Assembly: GCA_019456345.1 (NCBI GenBank) | Contig: VRUB01000001.1 | Location: 1 to 60,710, forward strand | DNA from: Nitrospira sp. | Lineage (GTDB): Bacteria; Pseudomonadota; Gammaproteobacteria; Acidiferrobacterales; SPGG2 | DNA length: 60,710 nt | Reading direction: 5' to 3' | In this document: piece by piece, positions 29,165-37,370 of the stretch | How the letters are laid out: the number at the start of each line of letters is the position of its first letter | How positions within the stretch are numbered: the first letter of the stretch is position 1 | Position numbers and translations under genes: made by a program | Notes under the pieces: generated by a model | Told to the model about the DNA's origin: nothing | The model's input: only the letters and a program-made list of their open reading frames with translations | The model's database searches: none

Positions 29165-30313
29165 TTACCGTTCCTGGTTGCCCCACGCTTTTCTAAGAGG
29201 CGCATACTTGTCGTGGAGGGTCTGCTCTTGCGATGCGCTTTGGACCGCTGTTGTCTCTGTTGCGTGGTTAGATTGGTACCAGTAAAAGCTAAGAAAACCG
29301 CCAAGCGCCACGATACCCGCGAGCACAAATCCAAAGCCGCCTAAGATTCTGCGTCTTATGTCTGATATTGACCGCCCATGGGGTGCCGGCAGCGCTGCTC
29401 GTGCTGGCTGGAATTGCCGTGCTTTCACCTTGCGGTGGCGAAGCAGTGCTTTGCGAAACTCGACAATAGTCTGAAACCGTCTGTCCGGCTCTTTGGCGAT
29501 CGCCTTAAGAATGACTTTTTCCAGCTCCCTCGGAATATCGGTCTGATACTTGCTCGGCGGCGGCGGGTTTTCCTGCACGTGTGCGTGCATCAGGCCGTAG
29601 TTCGTCTTTCTCTCGAAAGGGAGCCGACCGGCGACGGCCTCAAACAGCGAGATGCCCAGCGTGTACACGTCAGACCGATAATCCACTGCACGGCCTTTGA
29701 TCTGTTCTGGTGACATGTATAGCAACGTACCCATCATGGCCCCACCTTGTGCGAGACTCTGGTCATGCATCAACTTGGCAACGCCGAAATCCAGAAGCTT
29801 CAGGCGACCGTGTACGGTGATGAACATGTTCGCAGGCTTCAGGTCTTGATGGACGATGCCCGTCCGATGTATGTGTTCCACCCCCACGGACGCCTGTGCG
29901 AACAGGTCGATCGCCTCAGTTACGGAAAGGGTCCCTTGGCGCCGCAACCGTTGCTCGAGCGTTTCACCCTCCAGGTAGTCCATTACCAGCACGAGCCCGA
30001 CGTTTTTTTCCATGAGCGCATGCAGGGTGACAATGTAGGGGCTGTCGATGCGCGCCTGTACCTGGGCCTCTGCGGCGAAACGTCGTACAAATTCGACGTT
30101 TTGGCACAGATTCGGCGGTAGTACCTTGATGGCCACCTTGCGATCGAGCAGCGTGTCGTGCGCCTTGTACACCACGCCCATGCCGCCCACACCCGCTTCC
30201 TTGTCGATGACGTAGTGGTCGAGGCAGGTCCCAGGCGCGAGCACCTGCTGCACAGGCACTACCGACAGTCCGGTCAAGGGCGTTGATTTGGGCTTTTTGG
30301 CCGCGCCGTTCAT
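29165..30313 (-). CDS. Hanks-type Ser/Thr protein kinase, membrane-anchored, non-RD
   Basis: GVGGMGVVY, VAIKVL, HQDLKPAN, DFG and SPE motifs. One C-terminal TM segment (GGFGFVLAGIVALGGFLSFYW) and a tail of about 40 aa. Start set at the ATG at 30313; the ORF stays open to 30472. Confidence 0.85.
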   Translation of the reverse strand: MNGAAKKPKSTPLTGLSVVPVQQVLAPGTCLDHYVIDKEAGVGGMGVVYKAHDTLLDRKVAIKVLPPNLCQNVEFVRRFAAEAQVQARIDSPYIVTLHALMEKNVGLVLVMDYLEGETLEQRLRRQGTLSVTEAIDLFAQASVGVEHIHRTGIVHQDLKPANMFITVHGRLKLLDFGVAKLMHDQSLAQGGAMMGTLLYMSPEQIKGRAVDYRSDVYTLGISLFEAVAGRLPFERKTNYGLMHAHVQENPPPPSKYQTDIPRELEKVILKAIAKEPDRRFQTIVEFRKALLRHRKVKARQFQPARAALPAPHGRSISDIRRRILGGFGFVLAGIVALGGFLSFYWYQSNHATETTAVQSASQEQTLHDKYAPLRKAWGNQER

Positions 30314-30627
30314 CAGGACTACTGTGCGTGCAAGTTTTTCGGCCCTCTGATCTTTCACTGCAGGTCGATCCCTGTATGGAGTTGAGAAATACCCGCGCAC
30401 CCGCGGCGACGCCGGCACGTTGCTCGAGGTGGTCGCCAGGACGCTAAGATGTATAGTCCAATTTGCTTGCACATTCTATGCCGGATCGAGCTGTGCGGCG
30501 GGCGCTCACGGTGTCTGCGGGCGGACCAGGCGTTGCCGGACCCGGCTGGTTCGCGGGCGCGAGCATAGGCGGAATTCTGCGACCAAATGGGCCATAATGG
30601 ACCTCGCGTGAGGCGTTTGATGAGTGT

Positions 30628-31788
30628 GTGATGGCAATTAGCCCGATAAACGAGATTATCGACGACCTGCGGCACGGCCGCATGGTCATCGTGATGGATG
30701 ACGAGGATCGCGAGAACGAAGGCGATTTGCTCGTCGCCGCCGAGCACGTACATGCCGAAGAAATCAACTTTATGGCGCGCTACGGGCGCGGGTTGATTTG
30801 CTTGACGCTGACCGAAGAACGTTGTCAGCAGTTGGAGTTGCCGCTGATGGTCAGCGGGATGCGTCGCCGTGGGAAGACGAGCTTCACAGTGTCCATCGAG
30901 GCTGCCCACGGCGTGACTACGGGAATCTCCGCGGCCGACCGCGCCACAACTGTCCATGCGGCAATCAGAAAAAATGCGAAGCCTGCGGATATGGTAGTGC
31001 CCGGGCACGTCTTTCCTTTGATGGCGCAGCGCGGCGGTGTGCTGGCGCGGGCGGGGCATACCGAAGCCGGTGTCGATCTTGCGCGTCTGGCGGGGCTGGC
31101 GCCGGCGTGCGTGCTGTGCGAGATCATGAATGACGATGGCACGATGGCGCGCCTGCCGGAGCTGGAGGAGTTCGCAATTCGGCATGGCTTGAAGATCGGT
31201 ACCATTGCCGATCTGATCCGCTATCGTACGGAGCATGAGTCGACCATCCGGCGCATGGTTGAGACTGACTTGCCGACTGAGTTTGGCCAGTTTCATGTGG
31301 TTGCGTATCACGACACGATCAGCGAACGGGTACATTTGGCCCTGGTCAGGGGAGCGATCACGCATGGCAGTCCCACGCTCGTGAGAGTTCACGTACAGCA
31401 AAGCCCGCTCGATCTTTTTGCCGACATTCGCCGCACGGGACACTGGACATTGCGCGCGGTTCTAGAGCGCGTAGCGAATGAAGACAATGGTGTTATCGTG
31501 ATTCTGTGTTACCCGGAGGCGCCGGAGCACTTGTTGGAACGGATTCGACACTTTGGCGAGTCCGGTGAGATCCTGGAGTTGCCGGTGAAGAAGCGCCATC
31601 GCGACGAGCTTCGTACCTACGGCCTGGGTAGCCAGATCCTGATGGACCTCGGCGTGGGTAAGATGCGAGTGCTGGGGCACCCGCTGAAGCTGCCGGGGAT
31701 GTCAGGCTTCAATCTGGAGGTCGTGGAGTACATCGAGCACGACGATCGGCGGACGCAAAACGAGGGACCAAAGAAAATAATCGGATGA
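30628..31788 (+). CDS. ribBA: 3,4-dihydroxy-2-butanone-4-phosphate synthase fused to a GTP cyclohydrolase II-like domain (RibBX type)
   Basis: The N-terminal DHBP synthase domain has [11 protein letters not shown]. The C-terminal domain aligns in length with GCH II but I cannot find the Cys-x-Cys zinc motif. Confidence 0.9.
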   Translation: MMAISPINEIIDDLRHGRMVIVMDDEDRENEGDLLVAAEHVHAEEINFMARYGRGLICLTLTEERCQQLELPLMVSGMRRRGKTSFTVSIEAAHGVTTGISAADRATTVHAAIRKNAKPADMVVPGHVFPLMAQRGGVLARAGHTEAGVDLARLAGLAPACVLCEIMNDDGTMARLPELEEFAIRHGLKIGTIADLIRYRTEHESTIRRMVETDLPTEFGQFHVVAYHDTISERVHLALVRGAITHGSPTLVRVHVQQSPLDLFADIRRTGHWTLRAVLERVANEDNGVIVILCYPEAPEHLLERIRHFGESGEILELPVKKRHRDELRTYGLGSQILMDLGVGKMRVLGHPLKLPGMSGFNLEVVEYIEHDDRRTQNEGPKKIIG

Positions 31789-32261
31789 GTGGCGTCAAGA
31801 GTATTCACGGAGATCTTCTTGCCCGTAACGCGCGGTTCGGGATAGTTCTTAGCCGGTACAATGATTTCGTTGGTGAACGGCTGCTGCAGGGGGCGATCGA
31901 TACGCTCGAGCGCCACGGTGCACAGAGCTCTAACATCGAGGTCGTGCGGATTCCGGGTGCTTTCGAGATGCCGCTCGTGGCCAAGACCATGGCTGCGAGT
32001 AAACGCTACGATGCATTAATTGCCCTGGGTGTGGTCGTGCGCGGTGAGACGCCACACTTCGAGTATGTGGCCAACCAGTGCGTCTCCGGCCTGGGGCAGG
32101 TGAGCGTGCAATTCGATATGCCCTTCGGTTTTGGCGTATTGACCGTCGATACCCTGGAGCAGGCGATCGAGCGGGCCGGCGCAAAGGCGGGCAACAAGGG
32201 TGTCGAGGCCGCGCTCGCCGCGATAGAGATGGTTAATCTGATCAAGCATTTTCAGGGCTAG
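31785..32261 (+). CDS. ribH: 6,7-dimethyl-8-ribityllumazine synthase
   Basis: 158 aa with RFGIVLSRYN, VRIPGAFEMP and GVVVRGETPHFEYV. It overlaps the ribBA stop. Confidence 0.93.
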   Translation: MSGVKSIHGDLLARNARFGIVLSRYNDFVGERLLQGAIDTLERHGAQSSNIEVVRIPGAFEMPLVAKTMAASKRYDALIALGVVVRGETPHFEYVANQCVSGLGQVSVQFDMPFGFGVLTVDTLEQAIERAGAKAGNKGVEAALAAIEMVNLIKHFQG

Positions 32262-32275
32262 CATAGGGTTGGGAC

Positions 32276-32728
32276 ATGACTGGGGGGAGCCGTCATCAAG
32301 CGCGCCAGGCTGCGGTTCAGGCCATATATCAGTGGCAGCTGACTCAGCAGCTTCCCTCGAAGATCGAGGATCATTTCAGTCTGGATCACGAGCTGCACGA
32401 TGTGGACATGAAGTTTTTTCATCACCTCGTGGCTGAAATCCCATCGCATTTGCATGAGCTGGATGATCACCTGACGCCGTATCTGGATCGCGAGCTTGAA
32501 GAGATCGACCCGGTCGAACGGGCGATACTGCGTATTGGGGCCTACGAGTTCGCGTTTCACCCGGAGATCCCCTACAAGGTCATTCTCAATGAGGCGGTGG
32601 AGCTCGCGAAAACCTTTGGTGCGGAGCACGGCTATAAGTACGTGAACGCCGTGCTGGATCAAGTGGCACGCAAGCTGCGTGCCGCAGAGATCCAGGTCGG
32701 CCGCACAACCTCGCCGTCCACGGTTTGA
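32276..32728 (+). CDS. nusB: transcription antitermination factor NusB
   Basis: 150 aa with RHQARQAAVQAIYQW and ILNEAVELAKTFG motifs, and conserved ribH-nusB context. Confidence 0.93.
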   Translation: MTGGSRHQARQAAVQAIYQWQLTQQLPSKIEDHFSLDHELHDVDMKFFHHLVAEIPSHLHELDDHLTPYLDRELEEIDPVERAILRIGAYEFAFHPEIPYKVILNEAVELAKTFGAEHGYKYVNAVLDQVARKLRAAEIQVGRTTSPSTV

Positions 32729-33693
32729 ACGAGTTTGAGCTGATCCAGCAGTACTTCTCGTCCCAGGGGCTCGCCCGTGATGACGTCGTCGTGGCCATCG
32801 GCGACGACGCGGCGGTCGTAACGCCGTCGGCTAGGATGCAACAGGTCGTGACCACCGACATGTTGGTCGCGGGGACCCATTTTCTGGCCGATGCCGACCC
32901 CCAATCAATCGGCTACAAGTCGCTGGCCGTGAACCTCAGTGATCTCGCCGCCATGGGTGCGAGCCCGACGTGGTTCACATTGAACTTGAGCCTGCCGGGC
33001 GTTGATAAGCTTTGGCTCGAGTGGTTTCGAGACGGTCTGTTCCGTTTGGCCGGTACCTACGGCGTTCAGCTCATTGGCGGTGACACGGTGCGCGGCCCGC
33101 TCGTGGTCGGCGTGCAGGCCTTCGGTGTGCTTCCCGCGGGCACTGCCTTGATGCGCTCCGGCGCGCGGCCGCGCGATCGAATCTACGTCACGGGTACCCT
33201 CGGTGACGCCGGTTTGGCGCTTGCGCAACAGCGCGATGAGCTGGCGTTGTCCGCGCCCGATCGCGAGATCGTGATGCAGCGGCTCAACTTCCCGGCACCG
33301 CGTGTATCCGAAGGCGTCGGCATACGCGATGTTGCATCGAGCTGTATCGATATCTCCGATGGGTTGCTGGCCGATCTTGGGCATATCCTGCAGGCAAGTG
33401 CTGTGGGTGCCCGCGTTGTGCTTGAACGAATCCCGGTCTCTTCGGTTTATCGCCGGCACTTCGAGCACGTGCACAGCTGGGACGCGGCACTCAAGAGTGG
33501 CGATGACTACGAGCTGTGCTTTACGGTGCCGGCGGAGCAGACCGCTACGCTGGAGCGGCTAGGGGCCGCGTGGGCGTGTGGTGTGAGTTACATCGGCGAC
33601 ATCGAGGCCGCACCCGGGTTGCGGCTCGTGGATGCCCACGGTCGCACGCACGAGCCTACCATGGAGGGGTTTGATCACTTTGCCGACGACTGA
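32725..33693 (+). CDS. thiL: thiamine-monophosphate kinase
   Basis: NEFELI, IGDDAAV, LAVNLSDLAAMGA and DISDGL motifs. TTG start overlapping the nusB stop. Confidence 0.9.
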   Translation: MNEFELIQQYFSSQGLARDDVVVAIGDDAAVVTPSARMQQVVTTDMLVAGTHFLADADPQSIGYKSLAVNLSDLAAMGASPTWFTLNLSLPGVDKLWLEWFRDGLFRLAGTYGVQLIGGDTVRGPLVVGVQAFGVLPAGTALMRSGARPRDRIYVTGTLGDAGLALAQQRDELALSAPDREIVMQRLNFPAPRVSEGVGIRDVASSCIDISDGLLADLGHILQASAVGARVVLERIPVSSVYRRHFEHVHSWDAALKSGDDYELCFTVPAEQTATLERLGAAWACGVSYIGDIEAAPGLRLVDAHGRTHEPTMEGFDHFADD

Positions 33694-34207
33694 TCAAGGC
33701 CCCAGCAGCGGGCGTAGACGAGGACGCCTGCCGCGCACGGTCTGGCGCCACCCGGCCAGCGTCTTTGCTCTGGGACTGGGCGCGGGCGCTGTCCGCTACG
33801 CGCCCGGTACTGCCGGAACATTGGTGGCGATCCCGCTGTACGTAATGATTGCGCCGTTACCGCTGGCGTGGTACGCGACCACCGTGATCCTGTTGTTCGC
33901 CGTCGGCATTTGGTTGTGCGATCAGGCCCAACGGTTGCTGGGTGCCCACGATCATCCTGCGATTGTATGGGACGAGATTGTGGGCTACCTGTTGACCATG
34001 TTCATGGCGCCACCGGGGTGGCTATGGGTGGTCGTAGGGTTTATGCTGTTTCGTCTTTTTGATATTTGGAAACCGTTTCCGATCAACATCGTGGATCGCA
34101 CTATCCGTGGCGGCCTCGGTACGATGCTCGATGATGTTGTAGCTGGTGTCTATGCCTGGGTGGGTGTCCAGATCTTGGCACTTTTTTTCTTGAATGACCC
34201 AGCCTGA
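33632..34207 (+). CDS. pgpA: phosphatidylglycerophosphatase A
   Basis: PGTAGTL, DHPAIVWDEIVG and FRLFDIWKP motifs. The start is uncertain: ATG 33632 overlaps thiL by 62 nt, and the alternative is TTG 33680. Confidence 0.85.
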   Translation: MPTVARTSLPWRGLITLPTTDQGPSSGRRRGRLPRTVWRHPASVFALGLGAGAVRYAPGTAGTLVAIPLYVMIAPLPLAWYATTVILLFAVGIWLCDQAQRLLGAHDHPAIVWDEIVGYLLTMFMAPPGWLWVVVGFMLFRLFDIWKPFPINIVDRTIRGGLGTMLDDVVAGVYAWVGVQILALFFLNDPA

Positions 34208-34260
34208 GTCGCAAGTGTATCGTTAGGTCTGCAAACGGTACATCCTTGTACCGCTCCTGA

Positions 34261-34330
34261 CGCCTCTGCGTTAGACGTTTTTTTAAGAATTTCTCTGCGA
34301 TCTTTGCGCTCTCTGGAGTGAGTTCGTGCA
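34261..34330 (-). repeat. dispersed intergenic repeat, copy B (inverted relative to copy A)
   Basis: The reverse complement (tgcacgaactcactccagagagcgcaaagatcgcagagaaattcttaaaaaaacgtctaacgcagaggcg) aligns with 8786-8848. It sits between the convergent pgpA and CheR-like genes. The adjacent 7-bp hairpin is cggtaca/tgtaccg at 34236-34253. Confidence 0.7.
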
Positions 34331-34339
34331 ATATCCGTG

Positions 34340-35206
34340 CTAGTGTGGCTCCCGTCGGTAGGTACCAAGTTTGGGGAACCACGCTGCCAGCGCGCGCCCG
34401 CGCGCTGGCAGCGACTCGTGCTTGCCGATTATCAGGGCTCCTCCCGGTCGCAACCGGACCAGCAGCTTTTCCAGAATGGCGCTTTGCAGCTCGGCATCGA
34501 AATAGGTGAACACCAGGTTACGGCATAAGACCATATCGAAGTGCCGGCCCGGCAGTGCCGTGCGTATGTCCTGGTGCAGGAACCGCACGCGCTCGCGGTA
34601 TCGCGAGCGCAGACAATACCCGTGGTCAGCGCGATCGAATGCAGCCCTGAGCCAATCGCGCGGCAGCGCTTTGACGCTGCTCCAGTCGTAGCAAGCTGCC
34701 TGTGCCCGCGCCAGCATGCCGAGGTCCGCATCCGAGGCGATGATAGTGAATGGCGGCTGCGCCGGGACGGTGTCCGCCCGCAGTATCAGACTGATCGCCA
34801 GCGTGTAGGGTTCCTCGCCCGAGGCGCACCCGATACTCCAGGCGTCCAAACGGTTTGCACTCCGCACGCGTACCTGCTCGGTGAGGCACGGTAGGACGAC
34901 ATCGAAGAGGTGATCGAATACGATCCGGTCCCGATAGAAACGTGAGATGGTTACTCGGCAGAGACTATCCAGCGTGGACCATTCCTCGGATGTGGTCTCC
35001 AGGTACTCGCGGTAATGCGCCAACCCTGCCAGGCCCAGTGCGTGTAGGCGACGGGTGATGCGCTTGCAGACCTGGCGGCGGACTTTGCGATACCCCGGCC
35101 AACTCATACGCAGCCGTGGTAGCGCCCACTGCAGGAATCGAACGCACTCTGGATCTTTCACCACCTCTGACCTGGAGTAACACCGACGTTCCGGACGCAT
35201 CGGCAC
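34340..35206 (-). CDS. CheR-type SAM-dependent protein-glutamate methyltransferase (orphan)
   Basis: An N-terminal helical CheR domain ending in ISRFYRD, then a SAM-binding block (AWSIGCASGEEPYTLA) and VLCRNLVFTYF. GTG start at 35206, or ATG at 35200. Confidence 0.8.
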   Translation of the reverse strand: MPMRPERRCYSRSEVVKDPECVRFLQWALPRLRMSWPGYRKVRRQVCKRITRRLHALGLAGLAHYREYLETTSEEWSTLDSLCRVTISRFYRDRIVFDHLFDVVLPCLTEQVRVRSANRLDAWSIGCASGEEPYTLAISLILRADTVPAQPPFTIIASDADLGMLARAQAACYDWSSVKALPRDWLRAAFDRADHGYCLRSRYRERVRFLHQDIRTALPGRHFDMVLCRNLVFTYFDAELQSAILEKLLVRLRPGGALIIGKHESLPARGRALAAWFPKLGTYRREPH

Positions 35207-35316
35207 GCAGCGTAGTCACGCTGCGCAGGCTAGCATGGATGGCGATAAATCGCCTGCGCACGCGCATTGCGGCGAGGCTGGGAGAAAAGATATTCGGTAC
35301 CGAGGTCTGTGTGCCT

Positions 35317-35353
35317 GGCAAGCACGAGGAGCGTAGCCCCCATCGTGCTTGCC
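35317..35353 (-). terminator. 11-bp perfect hairpin just downstream of the Sel1-repeat gene
   Basis: ggcaagcacga (35317-35327) pairs with tcgtgcttgcc (35343-35353) around a 15-nt loop. It lies 9 nt past the stop at 35362. There is no U-tract. Confidence 0.4.
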
Positions 35354-35361
35354 AATGCAGC

Positions 35362-36144
35362 CTATTGCGTGGTCACGATGAGCCCGAGCTTTCTCAGGGC
35401 ACTCTGCGCGCGTTCGAAACCCTGGCTGGCGGACAGGTACCACCACTTCAGCGCCTGGTTCAGATCCTGCGCGACACCGTCGCCCCTCACATACATCAGG
35501 CCTAACGCATACTGGGCGGCGGCATCGCCGCGCAACGCCGCCTTCAACCACCACTTGGACGCCTCCAGCATGTCCTTGCTCACGCCTTCGCCCTGCGCAT
35601 ACATAAGCCCGAGATTGAACTGCGCATCGGTGCTGTCTTGAACGGCGGCCTTATGCCACCAGCTGACGGCTTTGGCCGCGTCGATGGCGATACCTGTCCC
35701 CATCGAGTAGGCAACACCGAGATTATACTGTGCGTCACGATGTCCATTGACCGCTGCCCTTTTGTACCACCGTACTGATTCCCGCATGTCGTGGGTGACG
35801 CCGAGCCCGGTGCCGTGGGCGATGCCAAGCAGGTATTGCGCTTCCGAGTGGCCTTGCTCGGCAAGTAAGGTCAAAGGCAGGCTGGCCAGCTCGAAGTCGC
35901 CTTGCTCCATCGCCGCCCGCACCTGGCTGTAGCGATGCGCAATCAGACCGGCATTGGCTACGGAGGATGCGAAAGGCAAGCCCACGTGATCAAGTCGGGC
36001 GACCGCCGCCTGGGCGGTGAAAGGAGTCAGCATATAGGCCGAGGCGATGATGAGGCTGCCCAGTAGCGCGATCTTCAGCAGCAGCCGGGCTGTGGTTTCG
36101 CACTCCTGTGCCGTGGATATCGTCCTTGTATAATCATTACCCAT
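35362..36144 (-). CDS. Sel1-repeat (TPR-like) protein with N-terminal membrane anchor or signal
   Basis: Trimmed to the ATG at 36144. After a hydrophobic segment (LLLKIALLGSLIIASAYML) there are about 5 tandem units of about 36 aa fitting the Sel1 pattern (A..WY.KAA..G...AQ..LG.MY..G.GV..D). Confidence 0.8.
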   Translation of the reverse strand: MGNDYTRTISTAQECETTARLLLKIALLGSLIIASAYMLTPFTAQAAVARLDHVGLPFASSVANAGLIAHRYSQVRAAMEQGDFELASLPLTLLAEQGHSEAQYLLGIAHGTGLGVTHDMRESVRWYKRAAVNGHRDAQYNLGVAYSMGTGIAIDAAKAVSWWHKAAVQDSTDAQFNLGLMYAQGEGVSKDMLEASKWWLKAALRGDAAAQYALGLMYVRGDGVAQDLNQALKWWYLSASQGFERAQSALRKLGLIVTTQ

Positions 36145-36517
36145 GATGTCCTCGCTTGGCGCCGAGCGCCGGGACGGCCCATGCGTCAAAGTCCCTTGTG
36201 CACGTTGTGGCCAGTTAACCAAAAGAGGTTTCAAGATCTATGCCAATACGTTGGGCAGGCGGAAAAATCAGGCAAAAACTAGGCGATTTCAGCTTTTACA
36301 AGGCGGCGTACAGGACCTGCGGGGGTCAATTCGCGCCAGTCACGGGGCGCGCTGAACGGCACGAAATCGTCGCTGAAGGGCGCGTGTGGACTTGCGGGCT
36401 GGGAGCCGCTGGCGGCTGGGAAAGCGGCCGTTCGCGCCGGCGGCGCACTGCCTGGGCGCACGTATAATCAGGCCCGTCCCCGGATGACGCTGGGGCCTCT
36501 TACGGCACGCACACAAG

Positions 36518-37138
36518 ATGACGACCAAGCCCGAGCTCTTGGTAACGGTGTTTTCCGATTACATTTGCCCGTTCTGTTATATCGGTTCCGTGCGGCTCGA
36601 TGCCTTGCGCGAGCAGTTCGCCTTGAAAGTCAACTGGGTGTCGCTTGAGATCCATCCGGACAATCCGGCACAGGGGCGACCCGTAGAAGAGCTGGGTTAT
36701 CCGCCGGAGCAGTGGCAACAGATGATGGATGCCCTTTACCGGATGGCGCGGGAGGAGGGCGTGCATATCGCCGAGCGCAGTTTTACGACAAACTCGCACA
36801 AGGCTTTGCTGTTGGCCGAGGCTGCGGAGGAGGAGGGCCAGGAGATTTTTTATCGCCTGCACAACCGCTTGTTCGAGGCCTACTTCGGTGAGCGCCAGAA
36901 TATTGGCGATGACGATGTGCTGCGCACCCTGGCGCGCGAGAGTGGCGTGTCCGATGACACGGTAGCGCGCGCGTGGAGGGAGGAGCGTTACGAGCAGCGG
37001 CTAAAGACCAATCTTGTGGCTGCGGCGAAACTGCGCGTAACAGGTACACCGACGTATGTGATCGGCAAGCGTGTGCTAGTGGGCGCTGTGCCGACTGCGA
37101 CACTGCATGACGCGGCACGACAGGCGCGCGCGGGCTAG
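36518..37138 (+). CDS. DsbA-family thiol-disulfide oxidoreductase (FrnE/HCCA-isomerase-like)
   Basis: VFSDYICPFCY (CPFC) near the N-terminus, and GTPTYVIG near the C-terminus. Confidence 0.85.
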   Translation: MTTKPELLVTVFSDYICPFCYIGSVRLDALREQFALKVNWVSLEIHPDNPAQGRPVEELGYPPEQWQQMMDALYRMAREEGVHIAERSFTTNSHKALLLAEAAEEEGQEIFYRLHNRLFEAYFGERQNIGDDDVLRTLARESGVSDDTVARAWREERYEQRLKTNLVAAAKLRVTGTPTYVIGKRVLVGAVPTATLHDAARQARAG

Positions 37139-37370
37139 CGCGCTGCCAGGAACTGTCCTTGTTAGCTCGTGCGATCGATGCGATTTTTACCCCTGCGATC
37201 ATCGATCGCTTTTTTCCGACGCGATACGGCCAATGCGGCAGCGTAAGCCTGTCGTTCACGAGTACCTGGCGGTGATACCCGACAAACTGGGTGGGGGTTC
37301 TACCAGTTGCCGTTGCCCCTATGCGCGCGGCGCCCGCTGGACCACCCGTCTCATCGCCACAAGAGCGAGC

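Noticed and set aside
30314-30627. FMN (RFN) riboswitch upstream of ribBA
   Set aside because: The conserved RFN blocks (..ACCGGCGGT.., ..GCCGACAGT..AGTCCGGATG..) are absent. There are only generic GC-rich matches such as gcgggcgcgagc.
30355-31443. 362-aa ORF antisense to ribBA, and similar ones at 22324..23274, 24644..25774, 16529..17230 and 9354..10145
   Set aside because: Each lies opposite a gene with clear family motifs and has a biased Arg/Pro/His composition. They are GC-driven artefacts.
37139-37370. Cobalamin riboswitch upstream of the TonB-dependent receptor
   Set aside because: There is no B12 box (AGYCMGGAGACCKGCC-like) and no GGTGAAAATCC-type core. aagcctg...acctggcgg is interrupted and too weak.
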